DNA of 64,000 nt, from the IMG/VR virus record IMGVR_UViG_3300009593_002680; one strand, 5' to 3'. Positions 26,944 to 38,262 of the stretch are shown one piece after another. Made by a program: the position numbers and the translations under genes. The notes under the pieces are model-generated. The model was not told the DNA's origin, did no database searches, and was given only the letters and a program-made list of their open reading frames with translations. The DNA comes from a virus. The first letter of the stretch is position 1, and the number at the start of each line of letters is the position of its first letter.

Positions 26944-27243
26944 ATGACACAAGAAGCAGTTAAAACTAGAGCAACAACAGAATTGCGTTATCCTCCAAGG
27001 TTTGATGTAATTGTTTTTAATGACGATTACACTCCAGTTGATTTTGTAATTAGACTGTTAGTTGAGATATTCAATAAAAACGTTGAAACTGCTAAAGAAG
27101 TTACAATGCAAATACACGAACATGGACAAGCAGTAGCAGGTTCATATAATTGGGAAATTGCAGAGCAAAAAACCACAGAAGCAATAGCAACTGCTAGAGC
27201 AAGTGGTCACCCTTTACAACTTAAAACCAAACAGGTAGAATGA
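26944..27243 (+). CDS. clpS: N-degron adaptor ClpS
   Basis: [14 protein letters not shown]...[12 protein letters not shown]...EIAEQK...HPL. Start moved to 26944. Confidence 0.92.
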   Translation: MTQEAVKTRATTELRYPPRFDVIVFNDDYTPVDFVIRLLVEIFNKNVETAKEVTMQIHEHGQAVAGSYNWEIAEQKTTEAIATARASGHPLQLKTKQVE

Positions 27244-28700
27244 GCATAGATAATCTTGAGAAAAATAAGAAATACCAAGAAGGGTTCGTAACTGAATTAG
27301 AGAGCGAATCTTTTCCAGCGGGTCTTGATGAACAAGTTGTAAGAAATTTAAGTGCAATTAAAAATGAGCCCGAATGGTTATTGGAGTTTAGATTAAAAGC
27401 ATTTAAAAGATGGGAGTCTATGTCGGAACCAGAATGGGGAGAACTAGATTACGAACCCGTTGACTACCAAGCATTAAGTTATCACTCTGCACCAAAGAAA
27501 TTTGACAAAGATGAAATACCACCAGAGATATTTGAAACATTTGAAAAGTTAGGTGTACCATTACATGAACGTGATGCATTATTAGGCTTAGATACAGAAA
27601 AGCCAAAACCAGATAACCTTATTCCAACAGTAGCCGTTGACGCAGTATTTGATAGTGTTAGTGTTGCTACAACATTTAAAGCAGAACTAGAAAAACATGG
27701 TATTGTATTTTGCAGTATCAGTGAAGCAGTACAGGATCATCCTGAACTAGTTAAAAAATATTTAGGTAGTGTGATACCTTACACAGACAATTACTTTGCT
27801 ACACTGAACTCTGCTGTATTCTCAGACGGTACCTTTTGCTATATACCTAAGGGTGTAACATGCCCAATGGAACTCAATACATATTTTAGAATAAATGCTA
27901 GAAACACAGGACAGTTTGAACGTACACTTATTATAGCAGACGAAGATAGTTATGTAAGTTACTTAGAAGGTTGTACTGCTCCAGCATATGATGAGAATAC
28001 ATTACATGCCGCCTGTGTAGAATTAATTACATTAGATAATGCAGAAATAAAATATTCCACAGTACAAAATTGGTACCCAGGAGATGAAGATGGAGTAGGT
28101 GGAGTATATAACTTTGTAACAAAACGTGCAAAGTGTGAAGGCAAGAACAGTAAAGTTAGTTGGACTCAAGTAGAAACAGGAAGTGCAATTACATCGAAAT
28201 ACCCTAGTTGTATTTTAAAAGGAGAAGGTAGTGTAGGAGAATTTTTTAGTGTTGCAGTTACAAAAGGCAAACAACAAGCAGACACAGGCACTAAAATGAT
28301 ACACTTAGGAAAGGATACCAAAAGCACCATTATATCCAAAGGCATAAGTTTTGGAGATAGTACAAATACATATAGAGGTGCAGTAAAAATAAATCCGGGT
28401 GCCAATGATGCATCTAATTATACAAAGTGTGATAGTTTAATGCTACAAGACAGTAGGGCATTAACTATACCATATGTTACAAGTCAAAATGATACTGCAA
28501 CTGTAGAGCATGAAGCAAGTGCAGGAAAAATAAGTGAAGAACAAATGTATTACTTGGCAACAAGAGGTTTTAGTGAGGATGATGCGATGAATTTAGTAGT
28601 AAATGGATTCTGTAAAGATGTGTTTCAAAAACTACCATTAGAATTTGCCGCTGAAGCCAATAAACTATTGAGTATAACACTAGAAGGTGCCGTAGGATAA
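27240..28700 (+). CDS. sufB: Fe-S cluster assembly scaffold SufB
   Basis: [44 protein letters not shown] and EHEAS motifs. Confidence 0.97.
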   Translation: MSIDNLEKNKKYQEGFVTELESESFPAGLDEQVVRNLSAIKNEPEWLLEFRLKAFKRWESMSEPEWGELDYEPVDYQALSYHSAPKKFDKDEIPPEIFETFEKLGVPLHERDALLGLDTEKPKPDNLIPTVAVDAVFDSVSVATTFKAELEKHGIVFCSISEAVQDHPELVKKYLGSVIPYTDNYFATLNSAVFSDGTFCYIPKGVTCPMELNTYFRINARNTGQFERTLIIADEDSYVSYLEGCTAPAYDENTLHAACVELITLDNAEIKYSTVQNWYPGDEDGVGGVYNFVTKRAKCEGKNSKVSWTQVETGSAITSKYPSCILKGEGSVGEFFSVAVTKGKQQADTGTKMIHLGKDTKSTIISKGISFGDSTNTYRGAVKINPGANDASNYTKCDSLMLQDSRALTIPYVTSQNDTATVEHEASAGKISEEQMYYLATRGFSEDDAMNLVVNGFCKDVFQKLPLEFAAEANKLLSITLEGAVG

Positions 28701-28703
28701 TCG

Positions 28704-28732
28704 TTGACATTAATTACCAAAGGTAGTATAAT
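28704..28732 (+). promoter_or_regulatory. Internal sigma70 promoter for sufC, leaderless geometry
   Basis: TTGACA-N17-TATAAT-6 nt-ATG. Confidence 0.8.
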
Positions 28733-28738
28733 ACGCAG

Positions 28739-29434
28739 ATGTTAGAATTAAAAGACTATTCAGTTAATCCTATACTTGAAGGTATAAACATTGAGTTTGA
28801 CGTAGGTCGAACTTATATTGTTATGGGTGCTAATGGAGTAGGTAAAAGTACATTGTTGCATAGTATTATGGGAAGACCTGATTTAGATGTAAAAGGTACA
28901 CTTAAACTTAATGGTCAAGATATCAGTGAACTTGAAGTAGATGAAAGAGCAAACCTAGGAATGTTTGTAGGGTTCCAAGCACCAACAAGTGTTCCTGGAT
29001 TAAGTAACTTTCAATTTATGAAACAAGCATTAAACACTGAAGGTAAAGATATTAGAGAAACATTAGAAAAATTCAAAGCATTAACACATACTTTAGGATT
29101 GCCTGAAGGTTGGGACAAGCGAAACTTAAACACAGATGCTAGTGGTGGTGAGAAAAAGAAAAATGAGTTAATACAAATGAGCATGTTGCCTACAAAGTTA
29201 GCCATGTTAGATGAACCAGACAGTGGTTTAGATGTTGATGGTATTAAAGCATTATCAAAACAATTGAATGAATGGAGAACAGCCGACAATACACTTATTG
29301 TTGTAACACACTACGAAAAACTTATAGAAAGTCTAGATCCTGATGCAATTCTTGTGTTAAAGAAAGACCACATAGTTGGTGGTGATAAAACGTTAGCACA
29401 GAAAATATTTGCAGAAGGGTTTGATAGTGTTTAA
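28739..29434 (+). CDS. sufC: Fe-S assembly ATPase SufC
   Basis: GANGVGKST, SGGEKKKNE, LDEPDSGLDVD and VVTHY motifs. Confidence 0.93.
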   Translation: MLELKDYSVNPILEGINIEFDVGRTYIVMGANGVGKSTLLHSIMGRPDLDVKGTLKLNGQDISELEVDERANLGMFVGFQAPTSVPGLSNFQFMKQALNTEGKDIRETLEKFKALTHTLGLPEGWDKRNLNTDASGGEKKKNELIQMSMLPTKLAMLDEPDSGLDVDGIKALSKQLNEWRTADNTLIVVTHYEKLIESLDPDAILVLKKDHIVGGDKTLAQKIFAEGFDSV

Positions 29435-30704
29435 AAATTTATACAGTTCAAATATATTAACAAAACAAAATGGATTTGAAAGTTTTTATAAACTTGAAGA
29501 CATCCTCGATTTTGTAACATCTCCGATATACTTAGAAGAATTAGAAAATTCTGAATACAAGAAAAAGGTTCCAGGGTTACATAAACATTATGTAGACAAT
29601 TTATATTACCTACGTGAAATAGGTTTACCTTCTAATAAAAACGAACAATTTAATTTTAGTAATATTAATAAATTAAAAAACATAGATATTTTAAATACTG
29701 AATCGAGAACTATTAGTGGCGTAGATGATTTAGTAAAGTATGAATATCTAGCAACTGAGAAAAATACAGTAGTTATAACAGATGGTCATATATTAAGTAG
29801 TACAGACGTTAGTACAAAGAAACCATTTAATGTACAAATACTAGATAACATAAAATATAACAAACAAAAGCAAGATGAGTATGTTAAAATTATTGAACAT
29901 ACAAATGATTTTAGAAACTTAACATACGCATTATCAACTTTTCCTAATATAATAATTTTTCCTTCGGGAAGTAAAGATAACTTTTATAAGAATCCATTTA
30001 CTATTGAATATGTTAATGGTACTGATGATCCTGTATTACAAGCAAACACTAGTATAGTTGATATACAATATAATACAAAAGTTAAATTAAGAGAACGTGT
30101 AAAAAGTCTTGCTGGACAAATGAACTATGTAACATACATTGTAAGAGAAGATGCAGAGTTAGAAATTGTTAGAAACTCAAAAGACTTAGGTGGTTGGACA
30201 TTGTTTGATAGTAGGTTTGTTTGTCACCCAGGTAGTAAAGTTACAGTAAAGTTTAAGAACGAAGGTAGTCAATATTCACAAGAAAATTTTTACTTTAAAT
30301 GTAGTAGTCATGTTGAAGTAGATTTAGTTGGTAGAAACAATATTAAAAAAGGAAATGATTATCATCAGTTTGTACAAGTAAAAAGTCAAAACGATAGCAA
30401 CAAAAGTGTAATAGATATAAAAAATGTTGGTAACGAAAATGCCAATACAAGTTTTATAGGAAAGTATGATGTTAGTCCATTTAGTATAGGGTTCGATGGA
30501 CAGATGAGTAATGAGAATTTAATGCTAACAAAAAATGTTAAAATGCATACTCGTCCAATATTGGATATTCATACCAAAGAAATTGAATGCTCACATGGTT
30601 GCACGATAAGTAATATTAATAAGGACCATTTGTACTATCTGCAAAGTAGAGGATTTAGCAGACAAAAAGCAAATGACATTTTAGTGGACAGTTTCCTATG
30701 TTAA
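29409..30704 (+). CDS. sufD: SufD-like Fe-S assembly protein (divergent N-terminus)
   Basis: C-terminal MHTRPILDI..EIECSHGCTI...YLQSRG; lies between sufC and sufS. Real start may be the GTG at 29427. Confidence 0.85.
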   Translation: MQKGLIVFKNLYSSNILTKQNGFESFYKLEDILDFVTSPIYLEELENSEYKKKVPGLHKHYVDNLYYLREIGLPSNKNEQFNFSNINKLKNIDILNTESRTISGVDDLVKYEYLATEKNTVVITDGHILSSTDVSTKKPFNVQILDNIKYNKQKQDEYVKIIEHTNDFRNLTYALSTFPNIIIFPSGSKDNFYKNPFTIEYVNGTDDPVLQANTSIVDIQYNTKVKLRERVKSLAGQMNYVTYIVREDAELEIVRNSKDLGGWTLFDSRFVCHPGSKVTVKFKNEGSQYSQENFYFKCSSHVEVDLVGRNNIKKGNDYHQFVQVKSQNDSNKSVIDIKNVGNENANTSFIGKYDVSPFSIGFDGQMSNENLMLTKNVKMHTRPILDIHTKEIECSHGCTISNINKDHLYYLQSRGFSRQKANDILVDSFLC

Positions 30705-31930
30705 AAGCATACAAAAAAGCAAAATCAATAAAACAAATACGAGCATGTTTTCCTGCTCTAGCATATAGTGATATAACTTACTTAGATAATGCGGCTAGTA
30801 CTCAAACAGTAGATAGTAGTATTAAAGCAGTAAGTGATTACCATTATAACTACAGAGCAAATGTGCATAGGGGTGATTTTAAAACAAGTCATATTGCAAC
30901 AGACTTATATGATGAAGCAAGAGAAGAAGTTGCAAAGTTATTAAATTGTGAAGCATACGAAATTGCATTTACAAGTGGTACTACAGAAAGTTTAAATATG
31001 ATTGCAGAGCATTATGCTAATGATGATAGACAAGTTATTATAACACACTTAGAACATCACAGTAATAGTTTACCTTGGATGAAGCAAGGACGTAATGCAG
31101 AAAATGGCGGACTACTTGTTTGCAAAGCAACTGATGTTGGTGATGTTAGTATGCAGGATTGGGAAGAAATATGTTCTGAAAATCCTGGAAGTATTGTATC
31201 ATTTTTAACACAAAGTAATTTAAGTGGACACATGTTAAAATGGAACCAAATGGTCCATATAGCAAAAGAACATGATTGTGAAGTTATACTTGATGCTTGT
31301 CAAAGTATTGCACACCAACCAATAGATACTAAAATGAATAACATAGATTGGATTGCTTTTAGTGGACATAAAATGTTTGCTAGTACAGGAGTTGGTGTAT
31401 TATTTCACAGAGGTGGATTTGCAGATATAGTATCACGTTTAGGTGGTGGTACAGTTAGTTATGTAGATTATGATAAAGGATATACATTAAACAATGATGT
31501 TAGTCAAGTAGAATCAGGAACACCTAATATTGCAGGAGTACATAGTATTGGTGCCGCGGCTAAATGGATTCAAGAAATAGGATATAAAGAGATACAAGAA
31601 TGTGAAGCAGAATTTTTCTATATGCTTAAAGATAAAGGTCTTTTTGATATAGAACAGTTAAAACTAATTGGCGATCCGTACCCTAGAAGTGTTTTTAGTT
31701 TTGTTGTAGACCCAGAGTTAGATTACAATGCAAGTGATTTGGCTGGATTTTTAGACTTAACTGATGTATGTGTTAGAACAGGACACATGTGCGCCTATCC
31801 GGCAAGTATGAGATATAATCATTCAGGAAAAGGTATTTTTAGAGTTAGTGTTGCACCATACAATGATGAACACGATTGCGTTAAGTTAGTAGAGGGACTA
31901 TGGAAAGCGATAGAGAAACTGGAGAAGTAA
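30698..31930 (+). CDS. sufS: Group II cysteine desulfurase SufS
   Basis: YLDNAAST, EHHSN, FSGHKM (PLP Lys), ESGTPNIAG and VRTGHMCA (catalytic Cys). Confidence 0.92.
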   Translation: MLKAYKKAKSIKQIRACFPALAYSDITYLDNAASTQTVDSSIKAVSDYHYNYRANVHRGDFKTSHIATDLYDEAREEVAKLLNCEAYEIAFTSGTTESLNMIAEHYANDDRQVIITHLEHHSNSLPWMKQGRNAENGGLLVCKATDVGDVSMQDWEEICSENPGSIVSFLTQSNLSGHMLKWNQMVHIAKEHDCEVILDACQSIAHQPIDTKMNNIDWIAFSGHKMFASTGVGVLFHRGGFADIVSRLGGGTVSYVDYDKGYTLNNDVSQVESGTPNIAGVHSIGAAAKWIQEIGYKEIQECEAEFFYMLKDKGLFDIEQLKLIGDPYPRSVFSFVVDPELDYNASDLAGFLDLTDVCVRTGHMCAYPASMRYNHSGKGIFRVSVAPYNDEHDCVKLVEGLWKAIEKLEK

Positions 31931-32256
31931 GTCCACCTGAGAACTTACAAGACCAATTAGTAGAACAAATTATAGCAAACTTGCGTAGAGTTTACGATCC
32001 AGAGATTAATCTTAATGTTTACGACTTAGGTCTTATATATCAAGTAGCAGTAAATAAAGAATATGATGCTAATGTTATAATGACATTGACATCGCCTAAT
32101 TGCCCGGCGGCTGAAATTATTCCAATGGAAGTAGAGTTTGCCACTAGAGCAGTAGAATGTATTAATAAAGTAAAAGTAACATTAACTTTTGATCCACCAT
32201 GGAATCCAGACACCATGATTAGTGATGAAGGCAAATATCAAATAGGTATATTATGA
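31900..32256 (+). CDS. sufT: DUF59/SufT (MIP18-like) Fe-S maturation protein
   Basis: VYDPEINLNVYDLGLIY...MTLTSPNCPAA...FDPPW. Confidence 0.88.
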   Translation: MESDRETGEVSPPENLQDQLVEQIIANLRRVYDPEINLNVYDLGLIYQVAVNKEYDANVIMTLTSPNCPAAEIIPMEVEFATRAVECINKVKVTLTFDPPWNPDTMISDEGKYQIGIL

Positions 32257-32633
32257 GTATTAAAAAAGAGTTTAACATACAAGAGACGCCACCTACACCT
32301 TCTCCTGATACTGTAATACAAACTGATAAAGGTCAAGAGTTTAGTATTGGAGAAATACAGCATTCAAAAAGAATTCTTAAAAGTGCTACACCCAAAGGCG
32401 ATTTGAGTTGGTATGTTAAATGGATTAGTAGTGTTTTTATTCTTGTAGCAGTTACTTTTAGGTCCCAAGGACCAGAATGGAATTTTTTAGACCAAATATT
32501 TAGTTTAGTTGGTTGCCTAGGTTGGACCTGGGTAGGACTACTATGGAAGGATAGAGCATTAATTATTTTAAATTCTATTCTAGTATTCATATTAGGTTCA
32601 GCATTATTAGGTTCTATTTTGCAATGGCTATAG
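32253..32633 (+). CDS. Small 3-TM membrane protein
   Basis: WYVKWISS...GWTWVGLLWKDRALIILN pattern. Confidence 0.7.
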   Translation: MSIKKEFNIQETPPTPSPDTVIQTDKGQEFSIGEIQHSKRILKSATPKGDLSWYVKWISSVFILVAVTFRSQGPEWNFLDQIFSLVGCLGWTWVGLLWKDRALIILNSILVFILGSALLGSILQWL

Positions 32634-34108
32634 ATGTACTAAATTTAGATTGTGTTGACGAAAGAAATGGAAACACATATAAGTTTGATGTTTCAAATCC
32701 AGAAACATTTGGAAATGTTTTTTCATTAGCATTACCAGATGGTATGCAAGGGCATACTTTAGTAGAAAGTATGGGTATTCACAGAGGTGGCGTTACACCT
32801 GATAATTCCATTGAACAAGAAATACTAACGGTATCCTTTTTCCTTGCTACAAGTGGCAGATATGATTTAATAACTGGTGACGGACCACATTGGCGTTTAC
32901 ATGAACAACAATTAGATTTTTTAATTAGTTATTTAGAACAACTAGATGCTGGAACAGTAACAAGACCGTTAGCAATAAACTTCTGCGATGAGAGTCCACA
33001 ACTAGAAGAAATAATAGAACAAATACATTCGTGTATGCAATTATTTAACACACCAACAGACAAAGTATTTTTATGTGGAATGAACTTTGATGGACAACAA
33101 ACATGTAACAAGTATGCTAAAAAAGAAAATGTTGACCCATTAAAATATGTACCTTTTTATAATATGCATGGACACATGCGTTGGCAAGATTTAGAAAATA
33201 TACTTGATAGAGTCGAACACACAATATATTATAATAACGATTGTGATGATTGGAACACTATCAAAGGAAATACGTTTACTTTTTTAAATAGACGTTTTGC
33301 TAATGTTAGAGCATTGGCTTTGTGGGCATTATATATTGAAGGCTCTTGGAAGTATAAAAGTATTGTAAGTGCTTTCCCACCATTGACTTATTTTAAAATT
33401 GGTAAGGAAACAAAAAATGCTACAGCATTTTGTACATTAGAATTAATGGATTCTTTAACTAAGAAACATACACCATTATATAAAAACCAATTACATGAAA
33501 CATCTTTTAAAGACTTTGCTAACAAATATAGATTAGGACAATCATTAGAAGGTGATGCTCCATATATTGGAGGAGAGGAAAGTAAGTGGGCACCTAACAT
33601 GAATGATAGTTACTTGTGGTACACAGTAGAATCTGTTGCAGACCAAAAAGAAACAAATACATTCTTTACAGAAAAAACATTAAAGCCAATGATGTATGGA
33701 CAAGGTTTAATATTACTTTCACAACCAGGTATGATATCTAAATTTAAACAATTAGGTTTTCATACACTAGCAGAAGAATTAGGATTTTGTGAAGAGTATG
33801 ACAACGAAGAAGATTTAGGTATTAGAATGCAAATGATATCACAAGAAATAGTTAAACTATGTCAAGTGCCGTTATCAGTTATGCATGAACGTTGGCTTAC
33901 TGCAAAACCAAAAATAATTGAAAATAAAAAACGTGTTGCATGTATGCTAACAAATATACCAAACAACTATTGGACAAACGTAGTAAAATACTGCGATAAC
34001 AATATAAGAGAACCGTACGATAGTAAGTCTTTGTTTAATGTTAAAACACCAAACATATTAAAAGACTACCAAAATCTATTTAACACGGACGAAATACAAG
34101 ATAAGTAA
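32624..34108 (+). CDS. Hypothetical protein with a glycosyltransferase-like C-terminal motif
   Basis: YTVES...FFTEKTLKPMMYGQ...GF..L...YD motif resembling GT10-like phage proteins. Confidence 0.55.
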   Translation: MAIDVLNLDCVDERNGNTYKFDVSNPETFGNVFSLALPDGMQGHTLVESMGIHRGGVTPDNSIEQEILTVSFFLATSGRYDLITGDGPHWRLHEQQLDFLISYLEQLDAGTVTRPLAINFCDESPQLEEIIEQIHSCMQLFNTPTDKVFLCGMNFDGQQTCNKYAKKENVDPLKYVPFYNMHGHMRWQDLENILDRVEHTIYYNNDCDDWNTIKGNTFTFLNRRFANVRALALWALYIEGSWKYKSIVSAFPPLTYFKIGKETKNATAFCTLELMDSLTKKHTPLYKNQLHETSFKDFANKYRLGQSLEGDAPYIGGEESKWAPNMNDSYLWYTVESVADQKETNTFFTEKTLKPMMYGQGLILLSQPGMISKFKQLGFHTLAEELGFCEEYDNEEDLGIRMQMISQEIVKLCQVPLSVMHERWLTAKPKIIENKKRVACMLTNIPNNYWTNVVKYCDNNIREPYDSKSLFNVKTPNILKDYQNLFNTDEIQDK

Positions 34109-34140
34109 CGTTATCATTTTTAATAATATGGAGACAAAAA

Positions 34141-34743
34141 ATGGCAATTGAAATGACAGTACCTATGGTACAATTTAACAAACGTGCTATTCCTGAGGGA
34201 AGAGTGGACATGGATTGGGTTTCAGAAACCAGCGAAGATATTTTTGCAAATAGACGAGTTGTTGTCTTTTCACTACCAGGAGCATTTACTCCAACATGTA
34301 GTAGTACACATTTACCTGGATACGAAGCAAGGTATAACGAAATACTAGAACAAGACGTTGATGACGTTTATTGTTTAAGTGTAAATGATAGTTTTGTAAT
34401 GAATTCATGGTTTAATAGTTTGGCTATTGAAAATGTAAAACCTATTGCAGATGGTAACGGAGACTTTACACGTCATATGGGTATGTTAGTTAAGAAAGAA
34501 GCAGTAAACTTTGGTTTAAGAAGTCAAAGATATTCTATGGTTGTAGACAACGGTCTAGTAGAAATGATTTTTGTAGAGCAAGGTAAAGAAGATAATTTTG
34601 CTGACGATCCTTTTGATGTTAGTGATGTAGACTCAATGCTAACTTACTTAACAAGCATTAAAGACGTAAGAAGAGATGCTATTGAAACAGCACAACAGGA
34701 AGCCGACCAGCAAGATGAAACTGAGACTGATATTTCAGAGTGA
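34141..34743 (+). CDS. Peroxiredoxin (Prx5 type)
   Basis: LPGAFTPTCS..HLPGY, SVNDSFVM, ADGNG and RSQRYSM motifs. Confidence 0.93.
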   Translation: MAIEMTVPMVQFNKRAIPEGRVDMDWVSETSEDIFANRRVVVFSLPGAFTPTCSSTHLPGYEARYNEILEQDVDDVYCLSVNDSFVMNSWFNSLAIENVKPIADGNGDFTRHMGMLVKKEAVNFGLRSQRYSMVVDNGLVEMIFVEQGKEDNFADDPFDVSDVDSMLTYLTSIKDVRRDAIETAQQEADQQDETETDISE

Positions 34744-35626
34744 ATCTGGGCAAGGATCTAACCACTTAGATTTTAAATTATACGACACACCTATAGTAGA
34801 AAAAGTTATAGAAGTCTTGAATAGAACAAAGCAGGACATTCACGGTTCTGTTGAGTATCGTATAGATACAAAGTTTGCTCAATCAGAACAAACTTCTTTA
34901 GAATTAGCAATGGAAATGAATCGTATCATTGACGAAGTTAATACTTTAGGAAGTGTTGAAATACCTGATAGTTGTTACTTAGAAACATCAATAGAACCTC
35001 ATTTACAAACAGATAAACTTAACCATTTACACCTAATATTCCAACTGTATAGTGAAGAACACGGATTTGGCGACCCTACACAGGTATTGCTAGAACGTGT
35101 AAACATATTAGTACACATGTTAGAAAGTGCTCCAGTTGAAATGGATCAAGTGTTTATAGTAGCAAAACAGGACCGTTTTAGACCTAATTCAATTGAAGGA
35201 ATAGATTTAAACTTAACATCACAAGACTATATGTCTAAGTTTCCTTGGGGCATGTGGGGATTTTTAGAACTAGATTACAATACAGTTGGTAAAGATTTAA
35301 GTGCATGTTTTGGTACTAATGATGTTGTATTAGCAAATAAACCAGAAGAATTAAGACAGCAAGAAGTTTATAGTCCTGCATTTGCTGTTAATTTTTGTGA
35401 AGGACCACATAACAAAAATACAGAAGAATACGATAAAGACTTAATTAACAAGTTCCATATATGGTGTAAAGAGAATGAATTACCTTATAATTACACAAAT
35501 CCGGAATATAGATTGGGTAGAATCAGATTAGGAGAGATTATAGGGGATTGGACTATGCAAAGCATTCAAGAGTTTGTAACACACTATCCTAATATAATTG
35601 AAATAGTTGCTTTAAATGATAAATAA
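34715..35626 (+). CDS. Hypothetical protein
   Basis: Long ORF. Start uncertain (track gives 34676). Confidence 0.7.
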   Translation: MKLRLIFQSESGQGSNHLDFKLYDTPIVEKVIEVLNRTKQDIHGSVEYRIDTKFAQSEQTSLELAMEMNRIIDEVNTLGSVEIPDSCYLETSIEPHLQTDKLNHLHLIFQLYSEEHGFGDPTQVLLERVNILVHMLESAPVEMDQVFIVAKQDRFRPNSIEGIDLNLTSQDYMSKFPWGMWGFLELDYNTVGKDLSACFGTNDVVLANKPEELRQQEVYSPAFAVNFCEGPHNKNTEEYDKDLINKFHIWCKENELPYNYTNPEYRLGRIRLGEIIGDWTMQSIQEFVTHYPNIIEIVALNDK

Positions 35627-35659
35627 GTACTGTAAACGATATCCACTGGAGAAAAATAA

Positions 35660-36508
35660 ATGGCTAACATGACTTTACCCACAGAAGCAGAAGTAAGAGC
35701 AATAGACACAGGTGCTTTTGTATGGGATGATTTACTAGACGGATTGCTATCACAAGCACAAGGTCAAGTAATTAAAGCAGTATGCGACAGAATGGACGCA
35801 GGTGAAACTGTATGCATAGTAGAACCATTCCAAGCAACAGGTAAAACTGCAAAATTTATAAACGATAATGTTACAGGTGCAAATAATTTAAAAATTGTTA
35901 CTAGTGACTCATACGTTGACACTTACTTAACAACAAGTGATTATTTTAAAAATACAGGAAATGTTGCAAACGTATATAAGCATGATACATCTGCGGCAAC
36001 GGAAATCATTTACAATGGAGACGGCGATGCTGTTTCTATCAAGTTCTGGGACGCCAATACAGACCCAGCAAATCCAACACTTAAAAGAGAACATGCATTT
36101 GCAGATACACCAGTAGCATTAGGTACAAACGATTTATCAAACTTTACTATTGTTTGGCCCAGAGAAACACAGATTAAAAACAATGCAGACGAGAACTTAG
36201 GTTCAGGCGATAATGTAGGTGATTTTAATCCTGATGTTTGGGTTATTGTTCCTTGGATTGTTAATCTAGGTAATCCAGAATTTGACCTAGACATTAATAA
36301 AAGAACATTTGCACAAATTTTTAACAAAATGGAATCAGGTGAAGTTTTTATAGTAATGAACTTCCATATACCAAATGTTAATCAGGCATTTTGGGCGGCA
36401 ATGAATGCCATGACTGCTACAGGTAAAAACTGGAGTACTGAATATGTACTTAACAGTGAATCTGATAACTCAGGTTATTGGCAAGCGGCACTAGTGAAAA
36501 AAGGTTAA
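35660..36508 (+). CDS. Hypothetical protein
   Basis: 282 aa, GGAG RBS, upstream TAAATA. Confidence 0.7.
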   Translation: MANMTLPTEAEVRAIDTGAFVWDDLLDGLLSQAQGQVIKAVCDRMDAGETVCIVEPFQATGKTAKFINDNVTGANNLKIVTSDSYVDTYLTTSDYFKNTGNVANVYKHDTSAATEIIYNGDGDAVSIKFWDANTDPANPTLKREHAFADTPVALGTNDLSNFTIVWPRETQIKNNADENLGSGDNVGDFNPDVWVIVPWIVNLGNPEFDLDINKRTFAQIFNKMESGEVFIVMNFHIPNVNQAFWAAMNAMTATGKNWSTEYVLNSESDNSGYWQAALVKKG

Positions 36509-36557
36509 TATTACCATTTCTACATAAAAGTAGTTAAATACCCACATAAATATTGTT

Positions 36558-37775
36558 ATGAAACTCGCTATCACCGGAGTGGGTATAGTCTCGCCTTTAG
36601 GCAATACACTTTCCGAGAATGTAGAAAACTTAAAGGCAATGCAGGTTCCTATTCAGGATTATAAACCTCAAGGTCATTTTAGTGATTGGATTTTAGAAGT
36701 AGAAAAAGCATTTCATTGCAATTATGAAGATGTTGACTTAGATGGCTTAATAGAAGCAAAGAATAAACGTTGGTTAGACCCTACTGTTATTACAAGTATG
36801 ATAGCAGTTGATGAAGCAGTACAGATGAGTGGTTTAAACTTTCCAAAGAATACACCAGTATTTGTAGGAACTATTAGAGGTGGTGCACCAAACCTAGCAA
36901 AGTATGGACAAATACTACATCAAAACAGACGTAAAGTACATCCACAGATATTATTAAGTAGTTCACATGAGTACGTTAGCAATCATGTAAGCAGTCATTA
37001 CAAATGGACTGGTGCAAGTATGGGTACTAGTGGAACATGCATTAGTGGAGTACAAGCATTAGACCTTGCTAGAAAGTATATGATGACAGAAGATTATGAT
37101 TGTGCTATTGTAGGTGCAACTGATTTTATGACTAGTTCAATGAGTACAATATACTTTCAATTGTTAGGTGCAATTAGTAAAGCAGGTAGAAGTGTACCTT
37201 GGGACGAAAGTAGAGATGGTTTTGTTATGGGAGAAGGAACAGTTTATCTAGTAGTTGAACCTTTAGAAAAAGCAAGAGAACGAGGGGCAAACAATATACG
37301 TTGGGTAGTAGATGGATTGGGTATTGCTAACGATGGTGCCCATGCTACCCAACCAGATTTAGAAGGCACTGGTGCCAGGATAGCAATAGATAAAGTATTT
37401 GAACAAGCAGGAACTACTGCTAGTGATTACAATGTATTAAATGCACATGCTACTAGTACACCATTTGGTGACCCTGTGGAATATAACGTGTTGAAAGATT
37501 ATTTCTCAGAGGGAAGTCACTTATACGGCAATAAAGGTCAAGTGGGCCATTTAATGGGTGCTAGTGGTTTAGCAGAAGTTGTATTAGGTGCAGAAGCAAT
37601 GAAGCAAGGATTTATACCAGCAAATGCTGGACTAGAAAAACCATTCACAGATGATGGTTATTTTGACTTATTAACACAACCAAAAGAACAAAAATACACA
37701 AGGATGTTTAAAACATCGTTTGGATTTGGCGGCAGAAGTGCGGCAGTGAGTGTAGTAGATGAAAGAGAAGTTTAA
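36558..37775 (+). CDS. fabF: Beta-ketoacyl-ACP synthase (FabF/FabB family)
   Basis: TCISG (Cys), GFVMGEG, NAHATST (His), GHLMGASG (His) and SFGFGG. TAAATA+5 nt+ATG. Confidence 0.88.
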   Translation: MKLAITGVGIVSPLGNTLSENVENLKAMQVPIQDYKPQGHFSDWILEVEKAFHCNYEDVDLDGLIEAKNKRWLDPTVITSMIAVDEAVQMSGLNFPKNTPVFVGTIRGGAPNLAKYGQILHQNRRKVHPQILLSSSHEYVSNHVSSHYKWTGASMGTSGTCISGVQALDLARKYMMTEDYDCAIVGATDFMTSSMSTIYFQLLGAISKAGRSVPWDESRDGFVMGEGTVYLVVEPLEKARERGANNIRWVVDGLGIANDGAHATQPDLEGTGARIAIDKVFEQAGTTASDYNVLNAHATSTPFGDPVEYNVLKDYFSEGSHLYGNKGQVGHLMGASGLAEVVLGAEAMKQGFIPANAGLEKPFTDDGYFDLLTQPKEQKYTRMFKTSFGFGGRSAAVSVVDEREV

Positions 37776-38262
37776 ACAAGCATTTATGACAGTGGCACAA
37801 CAGTTTGCAGAACTGAGTAGTGCCAAACGAGCCCAAGTAGGTGCTATTATTGTTAAAGATAATAGAATTATTAGTATTGGATATAATGGAATGCCTAGTG
37901 GTTGGACTAACGATTGTGAAACAACAGAAACATGGAATGACGTTCCTCACATGAGAGAAAAGTATTTAGAACAAGGAGCAGTAATGCATAGTTCTCCCCA
38001 TGGTAACACATGGAGTAGATTAAAAACAAAACCAGAAGTATTACATGCAGAAACTAATGCTATTGCAAAAGTGGCACAAAGTAATGATAACTGTAAAGAT
38101 GCTTCTTTATTCTGCACACATGAACCTTGTATAGAATGTGCTAAACTAATATATCAATCAGGCATAAAAGAAGTTTATTTCAAAAATACATATAAAGCAG
38201 ACAAAGGTTCCGGCAGAGACTTTTTAGAAAAAAGTGGGTGTGTAGTGGAACACATACAATGA
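37759..38262 (+). CDS. dCMP deaminase
   Basis: IISIGYNG, LHAETNAI and PCIECAK motifs. Confidence 0.92.
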   Translation: MKEKFKQAFMTVAQQFAELSSAKRAQVGAIIVKDNRIISIGYNGMPSGWTNDCETTETWNDVPHMREKYLEQGAVMHSSPHGNTWSRLKTKPEVLHAETNAIAKVAQSNDNCKDASLFCTHEPCIECAKLIYQSGIKEVYFKNTYKADKGSGRDFLEKSGCVVEHIQ

